Assembly (NCBI GenBank): GCA_963822965.1
Contig: CAWGJT010000007.1
Location: 45,865 to 109,864 of the forward strand
Reading direction: 5' to 3'
DNA length: 64,000 bases
Source: an uncultured delta proteobacterium
GTDB taxonomy: Bacteria; Myxococcota_A; UBA9160; UBA4427
Made by a program: the position numbers and the translations under genes. Below are positions 54,360-63,556 of this stretch, one piece after another. Position 1 is the stretch's first letter; every line of letters begins with the position of its first letter. The notes under the pieces are model-generated. The model searched no databases and was not told the origin of the DNA. It saw nothing but the letters and a program-made list of their open reading frames with translations.

Positions 54360-55879
54360 TGTCGGCCCAAAGTACAGATGTCCGCCTTTCTCCAAAGTAG
54401 AAATGTCCGGTTCTCCTGGTTGACTCGGCCTCGACGGCTCGGCGCCTTGGCTGTGTGCGTCACGGTCGCGTCTCGATGGAGGATCTGGCCTCGGGCCGCC
54501 GCGGCGTCCCGGCACGCAGCAGCCGGGCCTCGCGACGGGTCGTGGAGGGCTTCGCGACCTTCGTTTGGGTACGCAAGCGCTGTTGCTCCTTGATGAACTC
54601 CAGCGCGGCCGAGAGCCGCTTGTTGTCGACGACTTCCCCCGGCCGCACGGCGTAGTCCTTCGGGAAGGCCGTGGCGAGCAGCTCGTGCTCGCCGTGCCAG
54701 AAGCGGAGCGAGCCGTCCTCCCGTTCCTCGATGCCGACTGCTCTTCCGCGCGCGGCACGCGCCGCATCCGTCGGATCCAGCACGTAGAGCACCCGCTTGT
54801 AGTTCAGCGTCAGGCTCCTCGAGACGAGCCGGGTCTCCTGCAAGCTGAAGACCCGGTCCAGGTTCTCGAACGGCTGCAGGGGTCGGTGAGCATCATGCTC
54901 GCTCCGAGGGGCTCGCGCGAAGCGACGGTTGTAGTCTGCCATGAACTCCGGGGCAAAGGCGTTCGCGGCATCGACGTCGCGGATCTCGCGCAGCCGGAGC
55001 TCCTTCACGAGCCGGTCTTGCAGCGTCAGGTGTGCTCGTTCGACACGGCCCTTCGCCGCAGGGGTGTTGGCGCAGACGATGTCGATGTTCAGGCTGCAAA
55101 GGGCGCGGCCGAACTGCGTCACTCCAGCGCCGCCCTGGGGCTCCTTCCGGTTCACGCGGAACACCCCGGCCTTGTCGCTGTACAGCGCCACCGGCTTGCC
55201 GTGCTGCTCGAGGTAGGACCGCAGCGCCGTGAAGTACGAGAACGCGGACTCGGACTCACAGAAGAGCAGCTCCATCAAGGCGCTCGTCGCATCGTCCACG
55301 AACACCAGCAGGGTGCAGCGAGGGGCGCGCTCCTCGAACCACTCGTGGTCGCAACCATCGATCTGAATGAGCTCGCCCCGACACGGCCGGCGGCGCCGGG
55401 GCTGCTGGATCCGCGGCTCGCGACGCGCCCGAGGCATCCACAGGCCGTCCTCGATCATCCAGTGCCGGAGCGTCTCGACCGAGAGCGGCAAGCCGTGCAG
55501 CTCCGTCAACTTCTCATGGGCGAGCGTCGGGCCGAAGCCCTCGTAGCGGGATCGGACGGTCGCCAGCGCCTCCCGGCGCAGCTCCACCGGCAACCGGCGA
55601 TTGCTGGGCCGGCCGCGATGCTTCGACACCAAGCCCACGGCGCCAGCTCGCTCATAAGCTCGCCGAAGGCGACGCACCTGCCGGCTCGTCACCCCCAGCA
55701 TCCCCGCCGCTTCCCGCTGCGTCAGCCGCTTCTCGATCACCCGCTCGATCACGCTCACGCGGTCCAGTTCCTCGTAGCTCAACGTCAGTGTCTCCATGCC
55801 CGCGGGAATAACCCGGGCCGCTGGAGAAAGCGGACATTTCTACTTGGGGGAAACCGGACATTTCTATCTGGGTACTACA
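54360..55879 (-). mobile_element. IS1202-family insertion sequence A
   Basis: Ends TGT...ACA with tandem tagaaatgtcc motifs; single DDE transposase. Confidence 0.85.
54460..55797 (-). CDS. IS1202-family (ISNCY-annotated) DDE transposase
   Basis: GELIQIDGCDHEWFE, VDDATS, YSDK, AKGRVERAHLTLQDRL. Confidence 0.92.
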   Translation of the reverse strand: METLTLSYEELDRVSVIERVIEKRLTQREAAGMLGVTSRQVRRLRRAYERAGAVGLVSKHRGRPSNRRLPVELRREALATVRSRYEGFGPTLAHEKLTELHGLPLSVETLRHWMIEDGLWMPRARREPRIQQPRRRRPCRGELIQIDGCDHEWFEERAPRCTLLVFVDDATSALMELLFCESESAFSYFTALRSYLEQHGKPVALYSDKAGVFRVNRKEPQGGAGVTQFGRALCSLNIDIVCANTPAAKGRVERAHLTLQDRLVKELRLREIRDVDAANAFAPEFMADYNRRFARAPRSEHDAHRPLQPFENLDRVFSLQETRLVSRSLTLNYKRVLYVLDPTDAARAARGRAVGIEEREDGSLRFWHGEHELLATAFPKDYAVRPGEVVDNKRLSAALEFIKEQQRLRTQTKVAKPSTTRREARLLRAGTPRRPEARSSIETRP

Positions 55880-55884
55880 GCGTG

Positions 55885-57420
55885 TGTCAACGCCAGATAG
55901 AAATGTCGGCCTGTCTGCAAAGTAGAAATGTCGGGTTCTGCCTCTGCTCTGGCCTTCCGGCCGACAGGGGTCAATCCCCTGGAGGACGGACGTCCGCCTG
56001 CGCGGCTCAACCCGGGGCCGCAGCCTCCGCCTGCGCCGCGCGAATCCGCTCCTTCTGCCGGAGCGTGAGCTTGCTGCCGCGGGATAGGCGCTGGCGGTCC
56101 CGCTCCTGCTGATCCGCCTGGATCTTCGCCAGCACCGCGCCCAGGCGCTTGTTCGCGACGATGGCTCCCTGCGAGACGTGCGGGTTCTTGTCGAAGAGGG
56201 TGCGGGACGGGAGAAGCCGCCCTGCGTGGAAGATCTCGATACCTCCGTCCGCGGCCTCGTGCACGCGGCACGTCTCGCCCGCGAGCCGCAGGGTGTCCGG
56301 GCCGGGCTCCACCAGGTAGAGCACCCGCTTGTAGTGGAGTGTCAGGTTGCGTGTGAGCTTGCGGTGCTCCTGCCAGGTGAAGATCCGCGCGAGGTCTTCG
56401 TCGTCCCGGACGGGACGATGCGCATCGTGCGCGCTCGCGGGCTCGCGGCCGAAGCGCGCGTTGTAGTCCGCCTGGAACTCCGGCAGGTAGGCGTTGCCGG
56501 CCTCGGGCGTCGAGATCCCGCGCAGGCGGAGCTCCTTCACCAGCCGGTCCTGGAGCGTGAGATGAGCGCGCTCGACCCGACCCTTGGCCTGCGGACTGTT
56601 GGCGCAGACGATGTCGATGTTGAGCTCGGAGAGCGCACGGCTGAACTGCGTGATTCCGGCCGTCTGCCGCGCCTGCGAGTTCGACACGCGGAAGATGCTC
56701 GCCTTGTCGCTATAGAAGGCGACGGGCTTGCCGTAGCGCTCGAGGTAGGCCCGCGTCGACGCGAAGTAGTCGAAGGCGGACTCCGAGGCCACGAAGCGAA
56801 GCTCCTGGAGCCGACTCGTCGCGTCGTCCACGTAGACGAGCAGCGTGCAGCGGGACCCGCGATCCTCGAACCAGTCGTGGTCGCAGCCGTCGATCTGCAC
56901 GAGCTCGCCGAGACACGACCGTCGATGGCGGGGCTGATGGGCGCGGCGCGGTCGCTGCGAGCGGGGCACCCACACGCCCGCATCGATCATCCATCGGCGC
57001 AGCGTCTCGCGGGAGACCACGACGCCGTGTTGCTCCGTGAGCTTCTCACACGCGAGTGTTGGCCCGAAGTCGGCGTAGCGGGCTCGGACCAGACCCAGCG
57101 CGTGCTCGCAAACCGCCTCGGGCAGCTTCCGGTTGCTGGGACGACCGCGCTTGCGCGAGACGAGCCCGCCGGCTCCGTCCGCCCGCAACGTTCGGCACAG
57201 GCGCTCGACCTGGCGCAGGCTCAGGCCCAGCTGCTCCGCGGCCTGGCGCTGGGTCAGCCGCCGTTCGATCACACGGCCCAGCACCTCGAGCCGGTCCAGC
57301 TCCTTCGCGCTCATCGTCCAGGTTCTCGCACCGTCCATGTCGGCCTCCCGGCCCGACACGGTGCCTGGAACCCGACATTTCTAAGTTGCTCAAACCCGAC
57401 ATTTCCATTTTGCGCCTACA
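55885..57420 (-). mobile_element. IS1202-family insertion sequence B, copy 1 (1536 bp)
   Basis: tgtcaacgccagatagaaatgtc ... gacatttccattttgcgcctaca; same length and same protein as 61837-63372. Confidence 0.9.
56007..57359 (-). CDS. IS1202-family DDE transposase (start may be 57338 or 57314)
   Basis: GELVQIDGCDHDWFE, VDDATS, YSDK, PQAKGRVER. Confidence 0.92.
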   Translation of the reverse strand: MSGREADMDGARTWTMSAKELDRLEVLGRVIERRLTQRQAAEQLGLSLRQVERLCRTLRADGAGGLVSRKRGRPSNRKLPEAVCEHALGLVRARYADFGPTLACEKLTEQHGVVVSRETLRRWMIDAGVWVPRSQRPRRAHQPRHRRSCLGELVQIDGCDHDWFEDRGSRCTLLVYVDDATSRLQELRFVASESAFDYFASTRAYLERYGKPVAFYSDKASIFRVSNSQARQTAGITQFSRALSELNIDIVCANSPQAKGRVERAHLTLQDRLVKELRLRGISTPEAGNAYLPEFQADYNARFGREPASAHDAHRPVRDDEDLARIFTWQEHRKLTRNLTLHYKRVLYLVEPGPDTLRLAGETCRVHEAADGGIEIFHAGRLLPSRTLFDKNPHVSQGAIVANKRLGAVLAKIQADQQERDRQRLSRGSKLTLRQKERIRAAQAEAAAPG

Positions 57421-57425
57421 GGCTC

Positions 57426-57477
57426 ACGTCCGGGTAGTGGCGTTATGTCAATCCCCCAGAGGAGCCCGGCGGGCGGG
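57426..57477 (+). repeat. module copy 5, dif-like right part: ACGTCCGGGTA-GTGGCG-TTATGTCAATC at 57426-57453
   Basis: Starts 5 bp after the IS end. Confidence 0.88.
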
Positions 57478-57547
57478 ACACGCTGGTCCGGTCGAAGCTG
57501 CGGATGAGGCGAGACCCTCACATACCCAGGCTTCGAGTCAGAATTCC

Positions 57548-57576
57548 TTGACGCTCTTCGGGGGCGGTGGGACAAT
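57548..57576 (+). promoter_or_regulatory. sigma70-like promoter
   Basis: TTGACG-17bp-GACAAT with extended -10 TG. Confidence 0.55.
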
Positions 57577-57623
57577 GCCGGGTAGGGGCCTGCGCCGGGG
57601 CTATGAGAGCGGGAGAGCGTACG

Positions 57624-58391
57624 ATGATGCGAGAGACCCGTCGAGCGCGACACGAGAGTGAGACGCGTCGTCCCGCTGGACAGGATCCGGACCGCTCACG
57701 CCGCGGAGCGGGCCTGGGCCGCCGGATTGCGACCTACGCAGCCCTGAGCGGAGCGGCCGGACTGGGCGGCGCCGAGGCCCACGCGACGGTCCTCTACACG
57801 GACCTGCCCGACGTCACGCTGGATACCGACGGCGCCACCTTCGACCTCGACTTCAACGGGGACGCGCTGACGGAAGTCAGGTTCGGCATCTACAAGCTGA
57901 ACACGCAGAACACGTCCACCTATGACTCGTACTTCCTGGTGTCGAACTTTGCGGTCGCAGGGCCCGCAGCCGGGGTCGCCTTCGTAGGCTTTCGCTATGG
58001 CAGCCGGCTTCTTCCGGGTGACCTGAGGGCTGGCGATGAGATCAGCCTGAGCGGGACCTTCACCCGAAATGGCCTCCTGGCGAGCGACTATACGTTCTAT
58101 GGGCCGTCTCCGCACGGTGGAATCGGCGGGTGGTTCGCCAGCGCTGGCACAAAGTTCCTCGGAGTCCGGTTCGACCTCGGAGACGGCACCCACCTGGGCT
58201 GGGTGCAGCTCACGGCCGCCCCGAGGGTCACCTCCCTCCGCATCGAGAGCTACGCGTGGGAGACGGTACCGGGCCGGGCCATCGAGGCGGGCCAGACGGT
58301 GCCCGAGCCCTCGACGCTCTCTCTGATGGCCCTGGGAACCGTGGCCGGCATGGGCGTCGGGTGGCGACGCGCCCGGCAGAAGGGTCGCTAG
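57624..58391 (+). CDS. PEP-CTERM protein
   Basis: Leader ...AEAHA, DLDFNGD, HLGWVQL, YAWETVPG, VPEPSTLSLMALG...WRRARQK. Confidence 0.9.
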   Translation: MMRETRRARHESETRRPAGQDPDRSRRGAGLGRRIATYAALSGAAGLGGAEAHATVLYTDLPDVTLDTDGATFDLDFNGDALTEVRFGIYKLNTQNTSTYDSYFLVSNFAVAGPAAGVAFVGFRYGSRLLPGDLRAGDEISLSGTFTRNGLLASDYTFYGPSPHGGIGGWFASAGTKFLGVRFDLGDGTHLGWVQLTAAPRVTSLRIESYAWETVPGRAIEAGQTVPEPSTLSLMALGTVAGMGVGWRRARQKGR

Positions 58392-58403
58392 GAAGGTCCG
58401 GCC

Positions 58404-60422
58404 GTGCCCCGCCGTCTCGCGAAGAGGCTCCTGCTCGTCGGCTGGGACGCCGCGGACTGGAAGATCATCGATCCGCTGATGGACGCGGGAGAGATGCCCG
58501 CGCTCCAGTCCCTGGTGGACCGCGGGGTGATGGGCAACCTGCTCACCCTGCAGCCCATCCTGTCGCCGATGCTGTGGACGACGATCGCCACGGGCTTCCG
58601 GCCCGCCGAGCACGGCATCCTGGGCTTTACGGAGCCGGCGCCCGACGGCCAGGGCATCCGCCGCGTCACCAGCACCTCGCGCCGCCGGCGCGCGCTCTGG
58701 AACATCCTGAGCCGCGCCGGGATCGAGTCGCAGGTGGTTGCGTGGTTCGGGAGCCACCCGGCGGAGCCTATCCGCGGAGTGTGCGTGAGCGAGCGCTTCC
58801 GCGACGTCCACGGCACCCGCGAGGAGCCCGGATCGCCTACCCCCGGAAGCGTCCACCCCGCATCCCTCGAGGCCGCGCTGGCCGGCCTGCGGATCCACAT
58901 CGAGGAGCTCGGCGGCCCGGAGCTGCTGCCCTTCATTCCGCGGGCGCACGAGATCGATCAAGAGAAGGAGCGCCAGCTCGAGGGTCTGGGGCGCATCTTG
59001 GCGGAGAACGCCAGCGTGCACAACGTCGCGACCTTCCTGATGCAGGAGCATCCCTGGGAGTTCGCGTCGGTCTACTACGACCTGCCGGACCACGCCTGCC
59101 ACGGCTTCATGCTCTTCCACCCGCCGCAGCTTCCCGGAATCTCCAACCGCGAGTTCGGGCTGTTTCGCGACGTGGTGGCGAACTGCTACCGGTACGCCGA
59201 CATGATGCTCGCCCGGCTGCTCGAGCTCGCAGGGTCCGGAACCACCGTGATGATCGTCTCCGACCACGGCTTCCACTCGGACCACCTGCGGCCGGCCATG
59301 CGCGATTGGGACCGCCGGGGCGATTGGCCGGTCAACTGCCACCGCGATTTCGGTGTCTTCGTGCTCGCGGGTCCCGGCATCCGTCACGACGAGCGCATCT
59401 ACGGCGCCACCCTGCTCGACGTGGCGCCGACGGTGCTGCAGCTCTTCGGGCTTCCGATCGGGGAGGACATGCCGGGTCGCGTCCTCACCGAGTGCTTCGA
59501 GGAGCCGTGCTCGGTCGAGACCATCCCGAGCTGGGAGCAGGTCGAGGGAGACTTCGGCGAGCACCCGCCGGACCTGCAGGCCGACCCCTTCGAGGAGCAG
59601 GCGGCGCTGCAGCGGCTGGTCGATCTCGGCTACGTCGAGGCGCCCGGCGAGGACCTGAAGAAGGCATTGGACCGCTGCCAGCGGGACCGGCTCTACAACC
59701 TCGCGAGGTCGCAGCTCGACGCTCGGCGCTTCCGGAAGGCCGCGGAGGCGTTCGAGGGGCTGCTCGCGCTCGAGCCGGATCAGAGCCAGGTGGCCCTCCA
59801 CCTCGCCATGTGCCGCCTCCAGCTGGGCGAGCACCAGCCGGCGCGCGAGCTGATCGATCGGGTGCTCGCCGACGACCGCAATGCGCCCCGCGCCGACTAC
59901 CTGATGGGGCAGCTGCTGCTGGCGGAGCGCCGGCCGGACGAGGCGCTCGTTCACCTCGAGCGCGCCGAGGAGGCAGAGCCGCGGCTGCCGCGTCTGCCCA
60001 CCCGGCTCGGCGACACCTACCTCGCGCTGGGTCGTCCGGCGGACGCGGAGCGCTGCTACCGCAAGGCGCTGGCGGTCGACTGCGAGGCCACCCAGGCCCT
60101 TGTCGGGCTGGCACGCGCGTGCTTCGCGCAGAAGCGATTCGAGGAGGCCGCCTCCGTCGCGCTGGAGGCGGTCGGGCTTCGTCACCTGCAGCCCCGCGGC
60201 CACTGGGTGCTGGCAGCGGCGCTCGCGCGTCTCGGCCGCCCGCGCGAAGCGCGACAGGCCATCGAGACGTGTCTCCAGCAGGCCCCCGATCTGCCCGAAG
60301 CCCACGAGCTTCTCGCCCGGCTGCTCCAGCGCGCGTTCGCAGATCCGCTGGGCGCCGCACAGCACCGCCAGCGCGCGCGACACCTGCGCGAGGCGCGGTC
60401 CCGCATGGCGCCGTCCGCATAG
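58404..60422 (+). CDS. alkaline phosphatase superfamily (phosphodiesterase-type) protein with TPR repeats
   Basis: LVGWDAADW, SPMLWTTIATG, VSDHGF, LVDLGY, C-terminal TPRs. Confidence 0.88.
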   Translation: MPRRLAKRLLLVGWDAADWKIIDPLMDAGEMPALQSLVDRGVMGNLLTLQPILSPMLWTTIATGFRPAEHGILGFTEPAPDGQGIRRVTSTSRRRRALWNILSRAGIESQVVAWFGSHPAEPIRGVCVSERFRDVHGTREEPGSPTPGSVHPASLEAALAGLRIHIEELGGPELLPFIPRAHEIDQEKERQLEGLGRILAENASVHNVATFLMQEHPWEFASVYYDLPDHACHGFMLFHPPQLPGISNREFGLFRDVVANCYRYADMMLARLLELAGSGTTVMIVSDHGFHSDHLRPAMRDWDRRGDWPVNCHRDFGVFVLAGPGIRHDERIYGATLLDVAPTVLQLFGLPIGEDMPGRVLTECFEEPCSVETIPSWEQVEGDFGEHPPDLQADPFEEQAALQRLVDLGYVEAPGEDLKKALDRCQRDRLYNLARSQLDARRFRKAAEAFEGLLALEPDQSQVALHLAMCRLQLGEHQPARELIDRVLADDRNAPRADYLMGQLLLAERRPDEALVHLERAEEAEPRLPRLPTRLGDTYLALGRPADAERCYRKALAVDCEATQALVGLARACFAQKRFEEAASVALEAVGLRHLQPRGHWVLAAALARLGRPREARQAIETCLQQAPDLPEAHELLARLLQRAFADPLGAAQHRQRARHLREARSRMAPSA

Positions 60423-60609
60423 CCGGGTGATGATCCGCGTAGAATGGAGCTCTACGACTCCATAGGGCACGGATACGGCTGTGTGTTCTCAATATTCGTC
60501 CGACGTGATTTGGTCGGCATCTTCCGGACTCGTGCCCAGATGGTAGGCCTCCTGGCGCACTAGATTCAGGCTTCTCGCGCACGCCGACTTCGGCCAGGAT
60601 GCGACCTCG

Positions 60610-61025
60610 ATGCGCGGCCTGGTCGCCCTCCTCGTCGCCACCCTTCGCAGCCTCCGAGCCCTTGTCAGGAGCCGGCAGGATCAGGCGCTCGTCGAGCTCG
60701 CGCTCCGGCAGCAGCTCGCGATCTACGTCCAGAAGCAACGGCGGCCGCGGCTCTCGCCCCTCGATCGCGCCTTCTGGGTCGCGCTCTCCCGGCTGTGGCC
60801 GCGTTGGAAGACCGTCCTGATCGTCGTCCAGCCCGAGTCGGTCGTCCGCTGGCATCGGCGCCGCTCCCGCAGCTACTGGCGTCGGGTCTCGTCGCCCGGA
60901 CCGGGGCGACCCCCGATTCCCGAGGAGACCCGGGGCCTGATCCTCCGGGTGGCGACGGAGAATGGTTGGCGCACCCGCAGGATCCAGGGCGAGCTGGCGA
61001 TGCTCGGGGTCCGCGTGAGCCTCGC
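60610..61025 (+). pseudogene. truncated integrase-core-type IS transposase (N-terminal HTH region)
   Basis: LALRQQL, RPRLSPLDRAFWV, VQPESVVRWHR, GRPPI, RIQGELAMLG; catalytic domain absent. Confidence 0.75.
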
Positions 61026-61028
61026 CGG

Positions 61029-61289
61029 GCCTATGAGCGGGACGGCGCCGGCGGCCTGGCGTCGAAGCATCGCGGCAGGCCCAGCATCCGCGCCGCCTCA
61101 CGCTGCGTCAGCCGCTTCGCGATCACACGCTCGATCACGCTCACCCGGTCCAGCTCCTCGTAGCTCAACGTCACCGTCTCCATGCCCGCGGGAATACCCC
61201 GGCCGGTTGGAGAAAGCGGACATTTCTACTTTGGAGAGAGCGGACACTTCTATCTGGGTACTACACACGCTGTAGTACCCAGATAGAAG
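61029..61289. mobile_element. scrambled remnants of an IS-A-like IS1202 element, including an end-to-end junction
   Basis: Plus-strand AYERDGAGGLASKHRGRPS fragment, minus-strand METVTLSYEELDRVSVIE fragment with left end, and a second inverted left end. Confidence 0.8.
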
Positions 61290-61418
61290 AATACGGGGCT
61301 GTGGGCCCGCTGCCGCCACCCGAACTACCTGGGCGAGCAGCGCATGGAGAGCACGCCCGCGCTGCTTCCCCGCCTCAGGGGTTGAGGGCCGGCGCAGGCC
61401 CCGGGGACCGGCTCCGGG

Positions 61419-61807
61419 TCACGGACACGGAATCGTGCCCGCACACGCGAGGCCCGAGGGCCCAGGCACGTCGCCCGTGCCGCCCTGGGCCCCGCGGAGG
61501 GACTGGATGACGTCGCCGTAGCCCACTGCGCCGTCACAGTTGAAGTCGTAGATGGGATCCGTCGAGACCAGCATCGCAGCGTTCAAGGTCGCAAGCACGT
61601 CGTCCAGACCGGTCGCGCCGTCGTTGTTGATGTCGGTGTCGCACGGATTCTCATAGCCGTCGTGGTCGCCGTCCTCCTGGGTGCTGCACTGACCGGTCGC
61701 GAGAAGCGGGCCGTTGGGGACCACGAGGCAGTCGTCCTCGACGTCGCGGATGCCGTCGCGATCGGTGTCCGGACCGAGATAGAAGACCGTGATGTCGGCG
61801 ACGGACC
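61419..61807 (-). pseudogene. C-terminal thrombospondin-3/dockerin-like Ca-binding fragment, 5' truncated at the module tip
   Basis: DTDRDGIRDVEDDC, DGDHDGYENPCD, DINNDG, DFNCDG. Confidence 0.72.
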
Positions 61808-61836
61808 ATAGGACGAACAAGCCCGGTTCTGAGTTG
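61808..61836 (+). repeat. module copy 6, ori-like left part
   Basis: Minus strand GGGCTTGTTCGTCCTAT resembles ISCR oriIS ends (GCGTTTGAACTTCCTAT-like). Confidence 0.8.
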
Positions 61837-63372
61837 TGTCAACGCCAGATAGAAATGTCGGCCTGTCTGCAAAGTAGAAATGTCGGGTTCTGCCTCTGCT
61901 CTGGCCTTCCGGCCGACAGGGGTCAATCCCCTGGAGGACGGACGTCCGCCTGCGCGGCTCAACCCGGGGCCGCAGCCTCCGCCTGCGCCGCGCGAATCCG
62001 CTCCTTCTGCCGGAGCGTGAGCTTGCTGCCGCGGGATAGGCGCTGGCGGTCCCGCTCCTGCTGATCCGCCTGGATCTTCGCCAGCACCGCGCCCAGGCGC
62101 TTGTTCGCGACGATGGCTCCCTGCGAGACGTGCGGGTTCTTGTCGAAGAGGGTGCGGGACGGGAGAAGCCGCCCTGCGTGGAAGATCTCGATACCTCCGT
62201 CCGCGGCCTCGTGCACGCGGCACGTCTCGCCCGCGAGCCGCAGGGTGTCCGGGCCGGGCTCCACCAGGTAGAGCACCCGCTTGTAGTGGAGTGTCAGGTT
62301 GCGTGTGAGCTTGCGGTGCTCCTGCCAGGTGAAGATCCGCGCGAGGTCTTCGTCGTCCCGGACGGGACGATGCGCATCGTGCGCGCTCGCGGGCTCGCGG
62401 CCGAAGCGCGCGTTGTAGTCCGCCTGGAACTCCGGCAGGTAGGCGTTGCCGGCCTCGGGCGTCGAGATCCCGCGCAGGCGGAGCTCCTTCACCAGCCGGT
62501 CCTGGAGCGTGAGATGAGCGCGCTCGACCCGACCCTTGGCCTGCGGACTGTTGGCGCAGACGATGTCGATGTTGAGCTCGGAGAGCGCACGGCTGAACTG
62601 CGTGATTCCGGCCGTCTGCCGCGCCTGCGAGTTCGACACGCGGAAGATGCTCGCCTTGTCGCTATAGAAGGCGACGGGCTTGCCGTAGCGCTCGAGGTAG
62701 GCCCGCGTCGACGCGAAGTAGTCGAAGGCGGACTCCGAGGCCACGAAGCGAAGCTCCTGGAGCCGACTCGTCGCGTCGTCCACGTAGACGAGCAGCGTGC
62801 AGCGGGACCCGCGATCCTCGAACCAGTCGTGGTCGCAGCCGTCGATCTGCACGAGCTCGCCGAGACACGACCGTCGATGGCGGGGCTGATGGGCGCGGCG
62901 CGGTCGCTGCGAGCGGGGCACCCACACGCCCGCATCGATCATCCATCGGCGCAGCGTCTCGCGGGAGACCACGACGCCGTGTTGCTCCGTGAGCTTCTCA
63001 CACGCGAGTGTTGGCCCGAAGTCGGCGTAGCGGGCTCGGACCAGACCCAGCGCGTGCTCGCAAACCGCCTCGGGCAGCTTCCGGTTGCTGGGACGACCGC
63101 GCTTGCGCGAGACGAGCCCGCCGGCTCCGTCCGCCCGCAACGTTCGGCACAGGCGCTCGACCTGGCGCAGGCTCAGGCCCAGCTGCTCCGCGGCCTGGCG
63201 CTGGGTCAGCCGCCGTTCGATCACACGGCCCAGCACCTCGAGCCGGTCCAGCTCCTTCGCGCTCATCGTCCAGGTTCTCGCACCGTCCATGTCGGCCTCC
63301 CGGCCCGACACGGTGCCTGGAACCCGACATTTCTAAGTTGCTCAAACCCGACATTTCCATTTTGCGCCTACA
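61837..63372 (-). mobile_element. IS1202-family insertion sequence B, copy 2, with 5-bp target duplication AGTTG
   Basis: AGTTG at 61832-61836 and 63373-63377. Confidence 0.93.
61959..63311 (-). CDS. IS1202-family DDE transposase
   Basis: Protein identical to 56007..57359. Confidence 0.92.
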   Translation of the reverse strand: MSGREADMDGARTWTMSAKELDRLEVLGRVIERRLTQRQAAEQLGLSLRQVERLCRTLRADGAGGLVSRKRGRPSNRKLPEAVCEHALGLVRARYADFGPTLACEKLTEQHGVVVSRETLRRWMIDAGVWVPRSQRPRRAHQPRHRRSCLGELVQIDGCDHDWFEDRGSRCTLLVYVDDATSRLQELRFVASESAFDYFASTRAYLERYGKPVAFYSDKASIFRVSNSQARQTAGITQFSRALSELNIDIVCANSPQAKGRVERAHLTLQDRLVKELRLRGISTPEAGNAYLPEFQADYNARFGREPASAHDAHRPVRDDEDLARIFTWQEHRKLTRNLTLHYKRVLYLVEPGPDTLRLAGETCRVHEAADGGIEIFHAGRLLPSRTLFDKNPHVSQGAIVANKRLGAVLAKIQADQQERDRQRLSRGSKLTLRQKERIRAAQAEAAAPG

Positions 63373-63377
63373 AGTTG

Positions 63378-63430
63378 AGGTCCGGGTAGTAGTGTTATGT
63401 CAATCTCCCTCCGGGGTCCCAGTGGCGGGG
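63378..63430 (+). repeat. module copy 6, dif-like right part: AGGTCCGGGTA-GTAGTG-TTATGTCAATC at 63378-63405
   Basis: Begins immediately after the 5-bp duplication. Confidence 0.9.
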
Positions 63431-63556
63431 CGATTACAAGCTGGCGGGTGTGTCAGGTGGCGCCGGGGAGCCGCCTCGGGCGGTTCTCAGGGCGAGCGGG
63501 GGGTGCTTGGGATCGGTGTGAGGCTCGGATGGGTGCGGTGCGGGCCTCTTGGGGGC

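Noticed and set aside
61817..61844. ...TCTGAG-TTGTGTCAACG as an extra XerD arm
   Set aside because: Created by the junction of the AGTTG duplication with the IS terminal TGTCAAC.
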